Below are positions 1 to 8,277 of a DNA stretch of 64,000 nucleotides, in pieces. The notes beneath the pieces were generated by a model, which made no database searches, was not told the origin of the DNA, and saw only the letters and a program-made list of their open reading frames with translations. The position numbers and the translations under genes were made by a program. How positions within the stretch are numbered: the first letter of the stretch is position 1; each line of letters opens with the position of its first letter. This stretch comes from a virus. Where the stretch lies: the IMG/VR virus record IMGVR_UViG_3300029982_000012; one strand, written 5' to 3'.

Positions 1-1233
1 AATCCCAGACGTAATTTTTCCAATACGCTCTTCTAACCAAGAAGATTCTGCTTTTGATTCTGCTCTCTTAAGTTGTTTTTCGAGTTCTTCGGCACGATAT
101 TCAATATTGAATTCATCTGGTGTGCCATCTAAGGTACTTCTAAAGCGAGTAGACTCAAAACTTTCCATTCCACTTCCTAAATCTTCAAGCGTAGCCTCAT
201 GAATCTGATTTTTAAGACCAAACACTTTTGCTCCAGTAAAAGCTGCCAAATCGACCAACCAATGACTTTGGGCGTTCATGAATTGTGCCATAGGAGCCTT
301 AATTGGGAGTACCCGTAGAGTTCCTTTTTGTTCGAAGTTAAAAGAAAGAGTTGAGATTACAGATTCTGAAAATCCATTAGCAACCAATACGATGCTTTTC
401 AAGTCTTTTCCTGCCGCAGGATCTTCTTGGATTCTAGCCTCAATCGCATTAAAAAGAGGGCTCAACGATAATAGGTCTTGTATAGCGCCATCAAAAATTA
501 TAAATTTTGGGTTTTCCAAATAACAGCGTTGATTTCCCTGATCGTTGATAAAACTAGTAAAGTATTTACCATTACTTTCCTCAAGACCAATTGGAATTGG
601 GTATCCCTTAATTCGTTCAACCTTATAACCACTTGGACCAGGAAGTTCTCGGATTGTAACGTGACTATTTTCGCCAAATCCAACTTCTTCAAAACATTTA
701 AGTACAGCCTCCGCAAGAACCTTTTCTCCATTAACACTGACCGTAGCCACCTTTAATAATAATTCTTTGGATTCCTGAGTTACTGGAATGCTCTGTTCTT
801 TAATGTAGGGTAGCAGTATTTCTTCCATAACTTTTTTAATACGTCTTACGGTTTTCTGTGGACTTTCTTTGGGATTTCTTTCACAAAAACCAAAGATGTT
901 TTTGATTAGTTCATTCGCTAAAACTGCGGTTGTAGTCGTACCATCCCCAGCTTCATTTGCGGTTCTAAGTGAACAAGATCTAGCGACCTCAATAATACTA
1001 TGCTTAAATGAATTTTGATGAGCCATCGATTGGAATACAGAAATTCCGTCTTTGCTAATACGATCCGAAATGTCCTGGTGGTCCGACTCCAAAAGGCAAA
1101 GTTTGCCTCCGGGTCCTAAAGTGGCACCAACTAACAGACTGATATCGTTCATAGTTTCCAATACGATTGATTTAATTTTTTCTTTGTCTGCCAGATAAAG
1201 TTTAGGTGCCGTTTTTGCCTTACGATAAGCCAT
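1..1233 (-). CDS. groEL: GroEL/Cpn60-like chaperonin (5' part; runs off the window start)
   Basis: Not in the ORF track. Manual translation from ATG at 1233 gives MAYRKAKTAPKLY...VGATLGPGG...ISKDGISV...TANEAGDGTTTA...LENPKFIIFDG...LEERIGKITSGI. TLGPxG, KDG and the GDGTTT ATP-binding motifs are diagnostic, and the frame is open to position 1. Confidence 0.93.
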   Translation of the reverse strand, partial: MAYRKAKTAPKLYLADKEKIKSIVLETMNDISLLVGATLGPGGKLCLLESDHQDISDRISKDGISVFQSMAHQNSFKHSIIEVARSCSLRTANEAGDGTTTTAVLANELIKNIFGFCERNPKESPQKTVRRIKKVMEEILLPYIKEQSIPVTQESKELLLKVATVSVNGEKVLAEAVLKCFEEVGFGENSHVTIRELPGPSGYKVERIKGYPIPIGLEESNGKYFTSFINDQGNQRCYLENPKFIIFDGAIQDLLSLSPLFNAIEARIQEDPAAGKDLKSIVLVANGFSESVISTLSFNFEQKGTLRVLPIKAPMAQFMNAQSHWLVDLAAFTGAKVFGLKNQIHEATLEDLGSGMESFESTRFRSTLDGTPDEFNIEYRAEELEKQLKRAESKAESSWLEERIGKITSGI

Positions 1234-1477
1234 TTGTTTTCTCCAAAACTTCTTTTAGTGTAATAAAATCAATATCATGATCCGTAGGAAGACCAATAAT
1301 TGGGACTCGCCTATTGACATTCCCAAGAACTTCTTTGAAAGCTTGCGATAATTCATTAAGAATTCCGCTGTCGAGATCGTCGCCTCTCACAATAATGGCC
1401 AATGGTTCTCCATTTTCCGGTTTGATAATTTTTGTTTCACAAGTTTTTAGGTATTCAAGAATAGAATCGTTAGCCAT
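1220..1477 (-). CDS. hypothetical protein (85 aa) upstream of groEL
   Basis: ORF with AAGGAG SD; overlaps the groEL start, so probably the same operon. Confidence 0.7.
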   Translation of the reverse strand: MANDSILEYLKTCETKIIKPENGEPLAIIVRGDDLDSGILNELSQAFKEVLGNVNRRVPIIGLPTDHDIDFITLKEVLEKTNGLS

Positions 1478-1503
1478 TATAATCTCCTTGGTCTTTAAAT
1501 ATG

Positions 1504-1511
1504 TATATCAC
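1504..1511 (-). promoter_or_regulatory. RYGATATA motif (putative phage-specific promoter) for the groEL operon
   Basis: GTGATATA on the - strand 26 nt upstream of ORF 1477; the same motif recurs upstream of several other genes. Confidence 0.5.
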
Positions 1512-1521
1512 GAGAATTTAT

Positions 1522-1550
1522 TTGTATTTTAACATTTTTAGAGTTATATT
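1522..1550 (+). promoter_or_regulatory. sigma-70-type promoter (leaderless) for helicase
   Basis: TTGTAT-17 nt-TATATT ending 7 nt before GTG 1558; no SD. Confidence 0.6.
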
Positions 1551-1557
1551 CCTATAA

Positions 1558-3066
1558 GTGGACGTAACTATAGTATCTCCCATTAAAGCCTATATATCGA
1601 ATTATACAGAAGATGAACTTTATTCCCTAAGGAAAGAGCTCACTTATACCAATACCGCTATTCAGCATCTAATTAAGAGACATTCCGACAACTGGCGATG
1701 GAAAAATCAGAATATAAATTCTTGGGAAGCCCATCTAGAAGGTCTTAAAAAGGATCTAAAGAAATGTTTGGTATTCGAGGACGAACAAGGCTTCTATATT
1801 AGGCCAGGATCCATACCTCATTTATCAACTTTCAATTTACAAGTCGTAAACAACGTCCAGTACAAAAACTTCACCAAAATTCCTTGGAAGAACCCATTCA
1901 AATTTGAATTACATCCCTACCAAAAAGATTCTGTAAAGAATTTGATCGCGGAAAGACATGGAAATGTCAGTATTACTACAGGAGGAGGGAAAAGTGCTAT
2001 AATATTAAACCTTTGTAAGGAAATGGGCTTAAGAGCCTGCATCGTAGTTCCTGGTAAAGGAATATTCCATGAATCTATTGAAAATTTTGAACATCATTTA
2101 GGTAAGAAAAATGTAGGCTATTTAGGAGACGGAAAAAAGAAGTACGATAAAAGATTTACGATTGCTATTGGAGACTCTCTTGCGAATATTAAGGAGGGAA
2201 CTCCAGAATACGAATTCTTCTCGAATTTGGATGTATTGATTGTAGACGAATCCCATACTTTTGCGGCAGAATCCTTAGAGACAATCTGCCATGGAATTCT
2301 TGGTAAAATTCCCTACCGTATGTTTTTATCGGCAACCCAAAGCCGTGGAGATGGAAGTCTCCCACTATTACAGTCAATTATTGGCAAAACAGTATACGAA
2401 TTAACGACTCAGGAAGGAGTTGAAAAAGGGTACATCTGTGCACACGAGTTTAGGGTAGTGTCTTTAGAATCTTCTAATCCAAGTTTCAGCGCTAATGACG
2501 GTCTTGCCCAAAAAAGGGCTCATTTTTTAAATAATAAAAATATAGCTTCTTTTATTGCAAAATTAGCCAATGCAACTGCTATTTCTCAAGGAAAACAAAC
2601 TCTTGTTTTATGTGAAGAACTTAGCCAGATAGCCATGCTAATTCCTCTTCTGGAAATTCCTTATGCTATTGCACATAGCGAAAAGAATACCAAAAGACTC
2701 GCAGAATTGGGCCTACAAAAAGTAAAGGTCTCAGACAGTATTGAAAAATTCAATAAAAATGAAGTTAAGGTTCTAATTGGTACAAGTTGCCTACATGTGG
2801 GAGTAAATATATTTCCATGTCATTCTGTAGTAAATTGGTTTGGTGGAGCAAGCGATATCAAGGTAAAGCAGGCCGCCGTAGGCCGCAGCGTTAGGTTCGG
2901 AAAATCGAATCCTTGGGCGTCTAAGTGCATACCCAAAGATAAAGCAATTATCTACGATTTCCAGATTTTAAATAATCGTACTATGGAAAGACACTTGCAA
3001 TCACGAATAGAATGCTACTTGGATAGCGGACAAAACCTCATTAAATACATTAAATTAAAGACTTAA
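1558..3066 (+). CDS. superfamily II DEXH helicase (UvsW/Rad25-like)
   Basis: LHPYQ Q-motif, TTGGGKS Walker A, IVDESH, SAT motif III, QAAVGRSVR motif VI. Confidence 0.9.
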   Translation: MDVTIVSPIKAYISNYTEDELYSLRKELTYTNTAIQHLIKRHSDNWRWKNQNINSWEAHLEGLKKDLKKCLVFEDEQGFYIRPGSIPHLSTFNLQVVNNVQYKNFTKIPWKNPFKFELHPYQKDSVKNLIAERHGNVSITTGGGKSAIILNLCKEMGLRACIVVPGKGIFHESIENFEHHLGKKNVGYLGDGKKKYDKRFTIAIGDSLANIKEGTPEYEFFSNLDVLIVDESHTFAAESLETICHGILGKIPYRMFLSATQSRGDGSLPLLQSIIGKTVYELTTQEGVEKGYICAHEFRVVSLESSNPSFSANDGLAQKRAHFLNNKNIASFIAKLANATAISQGKQTLVLCEELSQIAMLIPLLEIPYAIAHSEKNTKRLAELGLQKVKVSDSIEKFNKNEVKVLIGTSCLHVGVNIFPCHSVVNWFGGASDIKVKQAAVGRSVRFGKSNPWASKCIPKDKAIIYDFQILNNRTMERHLQSRIECYLDSGQNLIKYIKLKT

Positions 3067-3075
3067 TTAAAATCC

Positions 3076-3083
3076 ATGATATA
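3076..3083 (+). promoter_or_regulatory. RYGATATA motif upstream of the sigma-factor gene
   Basis: ATGATATA in the 51-nt gap, followed by an AAGGA SD. Confidence 0.5.
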
Positions 3084-3117
3084 TATCTTTTAAGACAGCA
3101 ACTTAAAGGAACATATT

Positions 3118-4155
3118 ATGGCAAGACAACCTAGCAAAAAGTGGAAAGACTCTCATGATCCGTCTTTTGCCCAGTTAGCACTCGAAATTCAAAAAGCAAT
3201 TGAACGCAATAAAGACGGTACTACCCAAAAAGAACAAGTAGAGGAATTGGTATCGGCAGAGCAGGATTTTCACGCATTGGTACTGAGTTACCGAATAAGT
3301 ACTGAAATCTACAAAAGGTTTATTCAACTAATTCGAATTACAAACAACAATATCTTATCTGCTAGACCTTATTTTAGGGAATCCTCCATAACTTTTTCTG
3401 AAAAAATTACTCCTGCCTTAAAAACAAAGGATCCAGAGGCACTAAAGAAATTTAATGTAAACTACCATTTTGTTAAATTCTGCAAAGATCATTGGATTGG
3501 ACTCTGGCCAAAGAAGATTGAAATGCTATATCAAAGGGTTAAGAAGGCAAGAACCATCCTTATTGAAAACAACATGCCATTAGCTGTGAACCGGGCTAAA
3601 ATTTTCTATAGAAGCACGCCTAAAGGCCATCTAAGTTTTATGGATTTAGTTGAGGTAAGTTCCATGGGACTTGCTGCTGGTATTGATAAGTACACCGGCT
3701 CATACAAAAAGAATTACATGGGGGTAGCCATTGGTCGCATCGTTGGTAACCTAATCGACGCATACAGTGAGACCGTAATGCACTTTTATCCCTCAGATCG
3801 AAGAATCCTATACAGGGCCAACAGTATCCGTGGCAGGCAAGGAATTACGGATATAGAGGAGTTGACTAAAGCAGTCAATGAAAGTTTCGTAAAAGATCTT
3901 GAAGAAGGAAGAACCGCACCAAAACCAGTTACGGCCTCAGATCTATGGTATTTGATGTCTGCAGCTAGTCTTATTTCATCTGATTCAAATGATGGGGAAG
4001 AAGGGTTTGGGGTCTACAGTTATACTCCCGATAAAGCCGAAAATGCGGAAGAGACACTTAGCAAGAAACAACAAACTGAGCAAATTTCTGAAATTTCAAG
4101 AAGTATGCCGCTTATAAACCAAAAGGTGTTGAGACTTAAGGGTATTGAAATTTAA
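3118..4155 (+). CDS. sigma-70-family RNA polymerase sigma factor lacking region 4.2
   Basis: LIENNMPLAVNRAK...LSFMDLVEVSSMGLAAGIDKY matches region 2.1-2.2 (LIEANLRLVVSIAK...[21 protein letters not shown]). Colinear through region 3; ends at MPLINQKVLRLKGIEI, equivalent to region 4.1. Confidence 0.8.
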   Translation: MARQPSKKWKDSHDPSFAQLALEIQKAIERNKDGTTQKEQVEELVSAEQDFHALVLSYRISTEIYKRFIQLIRITNNNILSARPYFRESSITFSEKITPALKTKDPEALKKFNVNYHFVKFCKDHWIGLWPKKIEMLYQRVKKARTILIENNMPLAVNRAKIFYRSTPKGHLSFMDLVEVSSMGLAAGIDKYTGSYKKNYMGVAIGRIVGNLIDAYSETVMHFYPSDRRILYRANSIRGRQGITDIEELTKAVNESFVKDLEEGRTAPKPVTASDLWYLMSAASLISSDSNDGEEGFGVYSYTPDKAENAEETLSKKQQTEQISEISRSMPLINQKVLRLKGIEI

Positions 4156-4157
4156 TG

Positions 4158-4186
4158 TTGTTTTTTCTTTTAATTTAATATATGCT
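4158..4186 (+). promoter_or_regulatory. sigma-70-type promoter
   Basis: TTGTTT-17-TATGCT, then AAGGAG SD before ATG 4203. Confidence 0.5.
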
Positions 4187-4202
4187 AATTTAAGGAGAAT
4201 AT

Positions 4203-4403
4203 ATGGAATCAGAATTACAAATTGATTTAGATTGTCTGAAAGAAGATATTAATTTGGGTAATGTTAGGTCCGTACCTGCCAAAACAGTTATGGCCCTAGT
4301 AGACCGAATTGAAAGGTTAGAATATTATCTTGAACAAGAAAAAGTGATCAATAAATCTTTTTCTGAAATGGTAAAACTTTTGAAGCATGGAGCAGAATTG
4401 TGA
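4203..4403 (+). CDS. hypothetical protein (66 aa)
   Basis: Strong SD; overlaps the next gene by GTGA. Confidence 0.7.
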   Translation: MESELQIDLDCLKEDINLGNVRSVPAKTVMALVDRIERLEYYLEQEKVINKSFSEMVKLLKHGAEL

Positions 4404-4732
4404 TTTTTTCGTTGAATAACCGATTATTGCTAGAAGAGTATGTCAAAAAAGGTCTCGAATCAAAAGTCGTAGGCGGCATTGCGACTCCAGGCCAAAGAGA
4501 TGGTATCAAAAAATTAAAAATTCTAGCTGGAACTAGGCTTGCCGATGGAAGAGATATTCCTGCAGGATCGTATGCGTATTTAAGAGAAGAGGCCCTTCAT
4601 ACTCAAGCATGGTCATCTAAACTATTTACTTGCGAGGGCATTACTGGTAAATTCATCCTCGTTGATTTGCAATGGGTAGAATTTATTGAAACCAATTCCA
4701 CAATATCAAAAACTCCGAATCCAGGAGAATAG
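4400..4732 (+). CDS. groES: GroES/Cpn10-like co-chaperonin
   Basis: SLNNRLLLEEYVKKGLESKVVGGIATPG resembles GroES [25 protein letters not shown] (mobile loop GGI); ~100-aa beta-rich size fits. Confidence 0.65.
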   Translation: MIFSLNNRLLLEEYVKKGLESKVVGGIATPGQRDGIKKLKILAGTRLADGRDIPAGSYAYLREEALHTQAWSSKLFTCEGITGKFILVDLQWVEFIETNSTISKTPNPGE

Positions 4733-4745
4733 TTTTACCCATAAT

Positions 4746-4970
4746 ATGAGAATCGGACGACTCTACATCAATTTAATAGACGGATCTCTAGAATTTGGAT
4801 TGGAGACCTTTCCCTGTAAATGTAAGTGCATGAACTTAGGTTTCATTTACTTTATTTGGTCTGATGTAGACTGTAAATGTGCTGCCTGTAAACAGTTTGA
4901 GTGTATTTGTTCTTGCGAATGGTGTGATCAAAAATTTTATAAATGTGAATGTGGCGATGAATCTGCATGA
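4746..4970 (+). CDS. small Cys-rich protein (12 Cys; metal-binding)
   Basis: Probable start ATG 4746; CKCKC...CKCAAC...CICSCEWC...CEC; ATGA overlap with sbcD. Confidence 0.55.
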   Translation: MRIGRLYINLIDGSLEFGLETFPCKCKCMNLGFIYFIWSDVDCKCAACKQFECICSCEWCDQKFYKCECGDESA

Positions 4971-5950
4971 AAAAAATATTGAGATGCGGAGATCCGCACG
5001 TAAAACCCAATAATTTAGAAGAATCCACTAGACTTCTTCAATTCGTATTAGACCAAGCTTTAGAACATAAAGTTGATGTGGTAGAAATTCTTGGAGATCT
5101 TTTCGACACTCATGATATCGTAAGACTTCGAGTTTTAAAATTTTGGCAATATTGGTTTACAGAATTATCAAATCAATCTTTCGAAACACGCATACTGGTC
5201 GGAAACCATGATGTCACCGGAGAATATTCTGATCCATACAGCGCCCTTCACCCATTCCTATCATTGGAAAACGATAATTTTAAAATTATTCATGTACCTT
5301 ATTTAGATGGAATTTATGGCTATCTTCCCTATATCCACTCGAATGATAGGTTTATTGAAGAGGCAAATCTTCTTGCTGCTAATGGAGCAAGAGTTCTAGT
5401 AAGTCACCCTAATTATGAGGGTGCGGTTTACGACAACGGCACCCCTATTACTAGCGGTGTTGCCGATAGCGCATTAGATAGTCGGTATCTTCATCTAATT
5501 GGCGGCCATATTCATACAGAATTGGAAATTGGGCGTGTCTGGTATACAGGTAATCCGAGGTGGCTAACAAAGTCGTGCTCGAATAAGAAAAAAGGGATCT
5601 GGATATGCACTCATGATGACAGCGGCAAAATGACCGAAAAGCAGTTCATCTCAACAGAATCTGTCTGTACCCCGATCGTATCTGTGGTATGGAAAGAAGG
5701 CGAAGACAAACCTCAAATTCCAGAAAATGCCAAAGTTGATATCGAACTCATCGGCTCATCTGATTGGGTTACCAAAGAAAAACTTGCTCTAAAAGGTGTT
5801 AGTGTTTCTAGTAAAATTACCGATAGCAAAAGAAACAAAGAACGAAAAAGCGGTAGTAATTTACGAGATTTCATATTGAACCACTACAAGGCAGATGTTG
5901 AAAAAAGAACTAGAATCCTTAAATATTTAGGAGACTTAAACCTTGTCTGA
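4967..5950 (+). CDS. sbcD: SbcD/Mre11 (gp47-like) metallophosphoesterase nuclease
   Basis: GDPH, GDLFD, GNHD, SH and GHIH motifs; SbcC partner nearby. Confidence 0.9.
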   Translation: MKKILRCGDPHVKPNNLEESTRLLQFVLDQALEHKVDVVEILGDLFDTHDIVRLRVLKFWQYWFTELSNQSFETRILVGNHDVTGEYSDPYSALHPFLSLENDNFKIIHVPYLDGIYGYLPYIHSNDRFIEEANLLAANGARVLVSHPNYEGAVYDNGTPITSGVADSALDSRYLHLIGGHIHTELEIGRVWYTGNPRWLTKSCSNKKKGIWICTHDDSGKMTEKQFISTESVCTPIVSVVWKEGEDKPQIPENAKVDIELIGSSDWVTKEKLALKGVSVSSKITDSKRNKERKSGSNLRDFILNHYKADVEKRTRILKYLGDLNLV

Positions 5951-6263
5951 ATCCGAACCTACTAGCCTAAAAGACTTACGGAACCTCATGATGTTTTTTG
6001 GTCGTGTACCAGAAACGCACGTCAAGAATTTGCAATCACAACCTTTCATTTATTTCGATGGAGTCAAAGAAGCAAATGTTGATTACGATTTAGACACAAA
6101 AGCCAAAAGTTGGTTTGTTAAGTACGATCTTACTTTAGATAAAGAACCTGATTTCTTAACAGAAAGAAGTAAAGGGCTAGAAAAGGCCATTAGACTACTT
6201 TTTTGGAAAGAAGTCGTATTGCATATTGCAATAAACAATAAAGAGGTATATAAAAGTGAGTGA
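5943..6263 (+). CDS. hypothetical protein
   Basis: Packed ORF with GGAG SD and TTG start. Confidence 0.65.
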   Translation: MSESEPTSLKDLRNLMMFFGRVPETHVKNLQSQPFIYFDGVKEANVDYDLDTKAKSWFVKYDLTLDKEPDFLTERSKGLEKAIRLLFWKEVVLHIAINNKEVYKSE

Positions 6264-6960
6264 TCCGAAAGATTTATCCGTAATTCCACATAGCGATTTT
6301 ACCATGAGGGATCTTGAGTTGGTTGAGCAATTCAAAGAAGGGGGTATGCTCGGACTCCATACCTTAACAGACGTAGACGTAGAGAGAATGATGTCTCTTT
6401 ATATGGACGGTAAAAGTTACAGGCAAATTGCTGCTTTACTTAAGAAAAACAAGACGATAGTTCTTTTTTTAGCTCATAAATTCAAATGGTTTGAACTTCG
6501 CGCAGAATATTTAGACGAATTGCATGCGACCCTAAAGGGTAAAATTGTAGAGGCCAAATTACAGGATCAAGAATTTTTATTGCATTTAAGTCTTGCATAT
6601 AAGAAAAAAATAGGTAAAAATATAGATCAGTACTTAAGAACTGACAATTCTGAGTTTTACGACCAGATCAATAGTAGAGATCTAGGGACACTGATGAAAG
6701 TTATGGAAATGCTTCACAAATTAAATAGCGAGAATTTAGGCGAAAGACAGCCCCTTGTTGGTCTCAGTGGTATGAGTGAAGGTGTTAATATTACCAAAAC
6801 AGGCCCTAATTCTGTCGAAATTACTCCAAAACAGACACCATTTGCATCAAAACTTAAACAATTTGCAGAATTAAAGCGCGAACAAGAAAAACAAGAAGCT
6901 GCAGAAAAAAGTGATGATATAAACAAAGAGTCCGATAAAATAAAAAAAAGCAGAAAGTGA
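6256..6960 (+). CDS. HTH-containing protein (possibly terminase small-subunit-like)
   Basis: LYMDGKSYRQIAALLKKNKTIVLFLAHKFKW resembles an HTH followed by helical coiled coil. Confidence 0.5.
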   Translation: MSDPKDLSVIPHSDFTMRDLELVEQFKEGGMLGLHTLTDVDVERMMSLYMDGKSYRQIAALLKKNKTIVLFLAHKFKWFELRAEYLDELHATLKGKIVEAKLQDQEFLLHLSLAYKKKIGKNIDQYLRTDNSEFYDQINSRDLGTLMKVMEMLHKLNSENLGERQPLVGLSGMSEGVNITKTGPNSVEITPKQTPFASKLKQFAELKREQEKQEAAEKSDDINKESDKIKKSRK

Positions 6961-7844
6961 ATAGTAAAATGAATAAAATTGTGATTACCATCCTATTAGG
7001 ACTAGGAGTTGTCCTTATCCCCCACAACTCTATTTCCCAGGGAAAGAGTTCTCCAGATTTAACCCCCACTGTTACCCTAACAAGTAAAAATTTGCTTGTA
7101 TTGAGTGGTGAAGTAGATGGAGAAACAACTTCTGCTGTAATTTCAAGGGCTAAAGAACTTTGTGAAGTTAGTCAGGTTCAAAAATTGTTCGGAAAAAGAC
7201 CAAAACTTAAACTTTTTATCAATTCCCCAGGCGGAGGCATTCAACCTGGATTAGAAATGATTGAAGCTCTTAGGGGTACCGGTTGTCAAATCGATACAAT
7301 CACTACCTTTGCCGCAAGTATGGCTTTTCAAATTGTACAAAATCTGGATGACCGTTTAGTTCTTAAAAATGGCGTTATGATGAGTCACCACGCAGCCGGA
7401 GGCTTTGAAGGCTCTTTTGGTGGAGCTAAACCTTCACAACTAGATAGCCGGTATCAATTTTGGTTGGATCGTATTCGTGAACTTGATGAACAAACAGTAT
7501 CTCGTACCAAAGGAAAACAAACCTATGAAAGTTACCTTAAAGAATATGACCACGAGATGTGGTTAACTGGTACTAAATCGGTACAAGAAGGCTATAGTGA
7601 TGAAGTAGTACTGGTTAAATGCGATTCCAGTATTCAAGGTACTTCTAAGCATAGTTTGGATTTTATGGGAATTGCAATTTCTTATGAATTAGATAATTGC
7701 CCTCTAAATACTGCACCTATGAATATTAGTATGCTTCTTCCTCAAGGCAAGGAATTACCAACAGAAATTAAGAATGAGATTAAATCTAAGTTCTTAAATC
7801 AATTCTATAATTCTCAAAAACAAGAAATCCCAATGTACTGGTAA
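6957..7844 (+). CDS. clpP: ClpP-like (S14) serine protease with N-terminal signal/TM segment
   Basis: FINSPGG, FAASMA (catalytic Ser), MMSHH (His), EMWLT..SVQEGYSDEV; hydrophobic IVITILLGLGVVLIP at the N-terminus. ATGATATA at 6914-6921 upstream. Confidence 0.85.
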   Translation: MNSKMNKIVITILLGLGVVLIPHNSISQGKSSPDLTPTVTLTSKNLLVLSGEVDGETTSAVISRAKELCEVSQVQKLFGKRPKLKLFINSPGGGIQPGLEMIEALRGTGCQIDTITTFAASMAFQIVQNLDDRLVLKNGVMMSHHAAGGFEGSFGGAKPSQLDSRYQFWLDRIRELDEQTVSRTKGKQTYESYLKEYDHEMWLTGTKSVQEGYSDEVVLVKCDSSIQGTSKHSLDFMGIAISYELDNCPLNTAPMNISMLLPQGKELPTEIKNEIKSKFLNQFYNSQKQEIPMYW

Positions 7845-7847
7845 TCA

Positions 7848-8096
7848 ATGCCACTCATTAGCTATTCATGTACTTGCGGAATTAATTTCAAGAAGTACAA
7901 AAAAAATGCAACGGATGCACCACTTTCTCTCCCCTGCGAGTGTGGCCTAGAAGCTAAGAAGGCTTTTGGGCTCACTTCTTCTTCCCATAAAATTGTTATT
8001 GATAATGGCCTTATGTCTCGTAGACTTGAAATTGATCCAGAAATTATGGAGGTCAATGATGAACGATCAAAAAGAGATTACTCTGAAGAGGATTAA
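7848..8096 (+). CDS. FmdB-like zinc-ribbon protein
   Basis: MPLISYSCTCG...CECG resembles MPxYeYxCxxCG zinc ribbons. Confidence 0.65.
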   Translation: MPLISYSCTCGINFKKYKKNATDAPLSLPCECGLEAKKAFGLTSSSHKIVIDNGLMSRRLEIDPEIMEVNDERSKRDYSEED

Positions 8097-8097
8097 T

Positions 8098-8256
8098 ATG
8101 AGCAACCTAACCGAAGAAGAAATCGAAGAATTGGCCATTAAATCTTTTCAGAATATGGGTACCCCAGAAAAATTCCTGTGCGGTGAATGTGGTTGTTGGT
8201 ATAACAATCCAGAATTTTTTGAGCATCCTTGCGTAAAAGAACTTGAAAATAAATAA
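8098..8256 (+). CDS. small zinc-finger-like protein (52 aa)
   Basis: Likely start ATG 8098 after GAGG; CGECG...HPC. Confidence 0.55.
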   Translation: MSNLTEEEIEELAIKSFQNMGTPEKFLCGECGCWYNNPEFFEHPCVKELENK

Positions 8257-8271
8257 ATAGTATTATATTAT
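8243..8271 (+). promoter_or_regulatory. sigma-70-type promoter (leaderless) for sbcC
   Basis: TTGAAA-17-TATTAT ending 6 nt before GTG 8278; no SD. Confidence 0.6.
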
Positions 8272-8277
8272 TACAAA

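Noticed and set aside
278-756. ORF-track entries 278-523, 478-756 and 498-737
   Set aside because: They are shadows of the groEL-like frame (1-1233, -), which has diagnostic chaperonin motifs.
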